Of a DNA stretch of 64,000 nt, positions 60,454 through 64,000 are shown one piece after another. How positions within the stretch are numbered: the stretch's first letter is position 1; each line of letters opens with the position of its first letter. Below the pieces are notes generated by a model. That model made no database searches. It saw only the letters and a program-made list of their open reading frames with translations, and was not told where the DNA came from. Position numbers and translations under genes: made by a program. This DNA is from Candidatus Poribacteria bacterium. GTDB taxonomy: Bacteria; Poribacteria; WGA-4E; PCPOR2b. The stretch lies in contig OZ242351.1 in the NCBI GenBank assembly GCA_965208675.1, positions 352,001 to 416,000 on the forward strand, in the 5' to 3' direction.

Positions 60454-60897
60454 TTACTCATGACTTCTCAGGTGTTCAATGTGGTTCTGGTTAAGGACGC
60501 TGATTTCGTCTCGCACGCCGCTGATTTCGTCTCGCACGCCGTTGATTTCAGCTCGTACATCGCTGATTTCAGCTCGTACATCACTGATTTCGGATTTGAA
60601 TTCAATTCTTAGTTTGCCAATCTCGCTTCGCACGTCGCTAATTTCAGATCGAATTTCGTTTCGCACGTCGCTAATTTCGGAGCGCATTTCGGTGCGTATC
60701 TGAATCATTTCGGTTCTGACTTCATCAATTCGATTCCCTAGGCGTTCTCCTTGCTGCTGGAAATCGTCGTTTTGCTTGTCCATCCGTTTTTCAAGTTGTG
60801 CCGTGCGGTAGAACAAGACGGCAATCTGGCCTATAAAACCCACGACAACAACAATCATAAGGATTGTATGCGATGGTGACCACGTGCCGAAGTCCAT
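60454..60897 (-). CDS. TM-anchored coiled-coil protein with 7/11-residue tandem repeats
   Basis: AGGAGG RBS; MDFGTWSPSHT; (EISDVRx)n encoded by 21- and 33-nt repeats; C-terminal LNQNHIEHLRSHE. Confidence 0.8.
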   Translation of the reverse strand: MDFGTWSPSHTILMIVVVVGFIGQIAVLFYRTAQLEKRMDKQNDDFQQQGERLGNRIDEVRTEMIQIRTEMRSEISDVRNEIRSEISDVRSEIGKLRIEFKSEISDVRAEISDVRAEINGVRDEISGVRDEISVLNQNHIEHLRSHE

Positions 60898-61047
60898 TGA
60901 TTGCGCCTCCTGCCGTACTTTTTTCGCTCAACAAGACATTGGGAATGCGTGTAGAAGCGTATCGATTATCTTAGGGCAATGTGTGCCCGACATGAATTAG
61001 TTTTGCGCGGCCGTTAGCTTCACGATGTTTTCCGTTAAGTTAAATTA

Positions 61048-61076
61048 AGTATATCATAATACTAAACAAAAGTCAA
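61048..61076 (-). promoter_or_regulatory. sigma70-type promoter for the 60897 gene
   Basis: Minus strand TTGACT-17 nt-TATACT. Confidence 0.55.
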
Positions 61077-61290
61077 CATATTGCGATGGAGTGTTGCTTT
61101 TTTAGGTTGGGTTGAGATCGACGGAACGATTAGAAAAGGCATTAGCGAATACATAATGAGTGAGATATCCTTCTTTTATTTCTCACTTTATCAGAACCGC
61201 TCAACCAAAGCCGCAATCCAAAAGAAACCGCAAAATATGAACAACAGATAACCAACTACTGGTTGCTGGCCGTCAACGTAAAATTTTAAG

Positions 61291-61319
61291 TTGACATAAC
61301 ATAAATTTACCTATATAAT
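61291..61319 (+). promoter_or_regulatory. sigma70-type promoter
   Basis: TTGACA-17 nt-TATAAT perfect consensus. Confidence 0.75.
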
Positions 61320-61530
61320 ATTAAGTAATGAGGTGTAAGATAGCCGGTATTCGTTAAAACCAGGTTACTTGCCGTACGGCATTTGCCACTGTTTCTAAGC
61401 TAGCGGTAAATACGAAATTTACGTGGAAAATCCTTCAATCGAAAATGAAGAAATCTTAAAAACACCGATGAATCGAAGGAAGGCCGCTTTGACTATTGAC
61501 GCAGTTGGTTGCAAACGTAGAAGGAAAAAA

Positions 61531-62285
61531 ATGCGCATGAAGATAAAGTTGTTCTGTATTATGTTGGCGGTGTCGTCTAGTTGGGCTTACGCAAAACCTA
61601 AGTTTGAAGATATAAGAGTGTTTGAAACCTCCAGTCGGGGGCAATTTTTGTTATTAATGGAAATGAAAAGGCAATCTTGTCGTCCCCTGCAGGAGTGTTC
61701 GACATTAAGTGTTTACAGCAAGGCATACCTAGAGGTGTCTTTTTTATTGGGGGAAAGAGTATAGTACATATAGAAGAAACATCGTGGAATAAAAGGGAGC
61801 AGGGCTATCCTGCACTTTTTGAAAATGAACGCGTGGTGTTTAAACCATTGGATGTTTTTCCGAAGAACACCATTCAAAACGTCAAGTTACTGCACAATTC
61901 AAGGAGATTTAGTGTTTACGAGAAAAACGCTTCAGTAGTCGTTTTTGACATAGATACTAAGAAAGTTGTAGAGGCCGAAAAGAACACCTCCTCTGGAAAA
62001 TCATTTAGAGATGGGTCAATGACATTTCTGATACTAGATGAAAGTAAAGTACAAATGTACGGAAATCAGGGAAGTGACCCTATAGAATTTTATAGAGACA
62101 AGAATTGCCTAATATTTACGGAGACAACGCCGGTTGGAAGCAAACATGTTTTCATAATTTCAGACAAATATGACCCGAGTGAAATGGGCTTTAAATACAC
62201 CTATGTGAGAAACACTTTAAATATAATCTTCAGCAACGAGTTGATTCGCACAACTTCACATGGAATAGTAAAGGTAGATTATTAG
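61531..62285 (+). pseudogene. AT-rich secreted hypothetical protein split by a frameshift at G5 (61637-61641)
   Basis: Signal peptide MRMKIKLFCIMLAVSSSWAYA in one frame; adding one G joins it to AIFVINGNEKAILSSPAG...VKVDY. Confidence 0.55.
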
Positions 62286-62601
62286 ATAACTAATCTAAGG
62301 AAGGAAACTCAAATGAAGTGCCGGATACAAGGCAACTCGCCGCAATCTAGCGTGAACGAATCCAATACTCCATAACGCGGCATAAATTCACGATTTGAAC
62401 AAAGAGTGCTTATAGTTTGGGATAAGCGAATTACGGCGAATGTACACCAAACGCAATAAGCCGCGCCGAATTCAAAAAGAGCTAATTAAAAATTGCGCTG
62501 CATCGTACACTTAATCATACAATCTGAATTTACGAATCGCATACGAAACACTGTGCGCTTTTAAATATCTCCGCGCAACCCAATCTACAAACTCTACTAA
62601 A

Positions 62602-63024
62602 TCAAAACATGCGTTCACCTGGAAGCGCCGATGCTTGGAGAAGCCAACGCGCCAATAACTCCTCGTCGAAAAGATCGTCCTCGTGGATATGAAAATAGCG
62701 CACCGCCTCATGTTTGGATTCAACGGGCGGCACGGGTTGCAGCGATGCGCCGTTTAGGAAGGTTACCTTGACATACTTCGTGAAGCAATGGAACGAGAGG
62801 AACCAACCTTGCCCTTCGATTCCATAGAACGGAGAGTTCCACCTCACCGCTTTGCGCACTACGGGCACGGTGCGCACAATGAGTGCATCGAGGCTGCGTC
62901 CCACGTCCTGTTTCCATCCCGGCATGGCTGCGATGTACGCCTGGACGGGTGCGTCGCCGTCACCTTTTGGAATTTGCGGGTTGCCGCCTGAGAGAAGTTT
63001 CGGTTCGGATGAGTTTATCATCAT
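62602..63024 (-). CDS. DUF1801 (YdhG-like) protein
   Basis: LLSGGNPQIPKGDGDAPVQAYIAAMPGWK, KAVRWNSPFYG, FTKYVKVTF. Confidence 0.85.
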   Translation of the reverse strand: MMINSSEPKLLSGGNPQIPKGDGDAPVQAYIAAMPGWKQDVGRSLDALIVRTVPVVRKAVRWNSPFYGIEGQGWFLSFHCFTKYVKVTFLNGASLQPVPPVESKHEAVRYFHIHEDDLFDEELLARWLLQASALPGERMF

Positions 63025-63349
63025 TAATATTGTACCATATTACGATCGTTTTGTCATTCGCGCAAAATTTACCGTGGTTATGGGAAAATATTCCAGCGCT
63101 AAGGATGAATTGAGCGCCGAAAATCATCAATTTTACATACTTCCGAATCGTTTGTGCAGGCTGGGTAGCGCAGTTTTATCGGCACTAGTGAAAAAAATGC
63201 ACGGTTGTTATCTGTTGATTGCGTTCAACATGTGATTGCGGGTAGTAAAAGCAACGTTTTTCGGTTTCTCGGACGCTTGAAAAGCGTTGGATTTCGCTAC
63301 ATCGTTCACTTAATGAAACCATCCGGGACAACTCAAATCGCATAAGAAT

Positions 63350-63554
63350 TAGGGCGTGTTGACATTTGGCATCCCGTAGGTTGAATTGGACGGTTAAACG
63401 GCAGTCGCTATCAAGTACAAAGGAATCTTTTGTAACATAATCTGTTAGATTGTGATCCGAGCCCGCAAACTAACAGTTTGCGCTACTTATATCAGATTAT
63501 CCAATGGTGACAATGTTTGCCGAATCAGTAGCCTCAAAATGTCAACAGAACCTA
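63350..63554. mobile_element. MITE-like element with IS5-type terminal inverted repeats
   Basis: TAGGGCGTGTTGACATTT ... AAATGTCAACAGAACCTA (15/18 match); no ORF inside. Confidence 0.6.
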
Positions 63555-63597
63555 GTGCGCGCTTAAAAATAGTTCCGCTCTATCCAACCTACTAGCA

Positions 63598-64000
63598 CTA
63601 CCAACCCCACTCAGTAAAATACGGGAAGATTCTGTAAACATGCTGACCGCGTATCTCGCCGAAGATTGTCCATAAGCTGCCGATAACGTGTTGGCCCAAG
63701 ATTATTCCGATAAAGAACGGTACCATGCGCCGATAAAGCTGAATCCCGCCGAACTTTAGAATTACCCACTTAATCAGCCACGCCGCAAAGACTGAAAACC
63801 AGATTCCGCCCATCATCCAACCGCAAGCCACGGCATAACCGACGGGATGGAATGGGAATGCAAGAAATCGTTGATGCAACAGGCGAAGGACGACAGTGAT
63901 ACCCGCACCCAGCCCAACGTCGCGAAGCATCGGATAGTTCTGATCGCGCGGGTGTTTAATCCAACTGTCCAGCATTCGGAAACCGTTGTCGCCGATATTG
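63598..64000 (-). CDS. C-terminal part of a DUF6785-like multi-TM (OPT-related) protein; 5' end outside window
   Basis: FPFHPVGY, WFSVFAAWLIKWVILKFGG, YRRMVPFFIGIILG. Confidence 0.7.
   Translation of the reverse strand, partial: NIGDNGFRMLDSWIKHPRDQNYPMLRDVGLGAGITVVLRLLHQRFLAFPFHPVGYAVACGWMMGGIWFSVFAAWLIKWVILKFGGIQLYRRMVPFFIGIILGQHVIGSLWTIFGEIRGQHVYRIFPYFTEWGW

Noticed and set aside
60495-60720. Possible CRISPR-like repeat array
   Set aside because: The 21/33-nt units have no spacers and are in-frame coiled-coil repeats of a CDS; no cas genes in the window.
1-64000. rRNA or tRNA genes, including selC
   Set aside because: None recognised by eye; the Sec machinery, if present, must lie outside this window.

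Overview
Bacterial chromosomal window, probably Candidatus Poribacteria or a related lineage. This is inferred from a C-terminal LLQNYPNPFNPETWIPYQL sorting domain, a PorV-like barrel, a planctomycete-type DUF1549/DUF1553 plus DUF1501 pair and tandem PhyH genes. The left ~35 kb is mostly housekeeping (fdhD, lpdA, queC, infA, cysM, rlmN, gatB, moaE/moaD, pncB, nfi, TolC plus adaptor, waaF). The right half is accessory: an IS3, an IS1595 transposase followed by a hairpin-rich passenger region, REP- and MITE-like repeats, and secreted proteins. The best candidate for a new system is at 56827-59708. An FG-GAP/CRTAC1-ASPIC/UnbV lipoprotein is split only by an in-frame TGA (58615-58617), followed by a SECIS-like hairpin with a GGU at the apex, and the next gene is a TlpA-type CxxC lipoprotein. 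This suggests an extracytoplasmic selenoprotein with a dedicated reductase, flanked by two convergent paralogous membrane-anchored coiled-coil genes. Other points of interest are a MoaD with a masked C-terminal Gly-Gly, an N-terminally extended IF-1, a probable ATC start for VanZ, and a GHMP kinase homolog lacking its catalytic motif. All calls come from reading the sequence by eye; no database searches were run.
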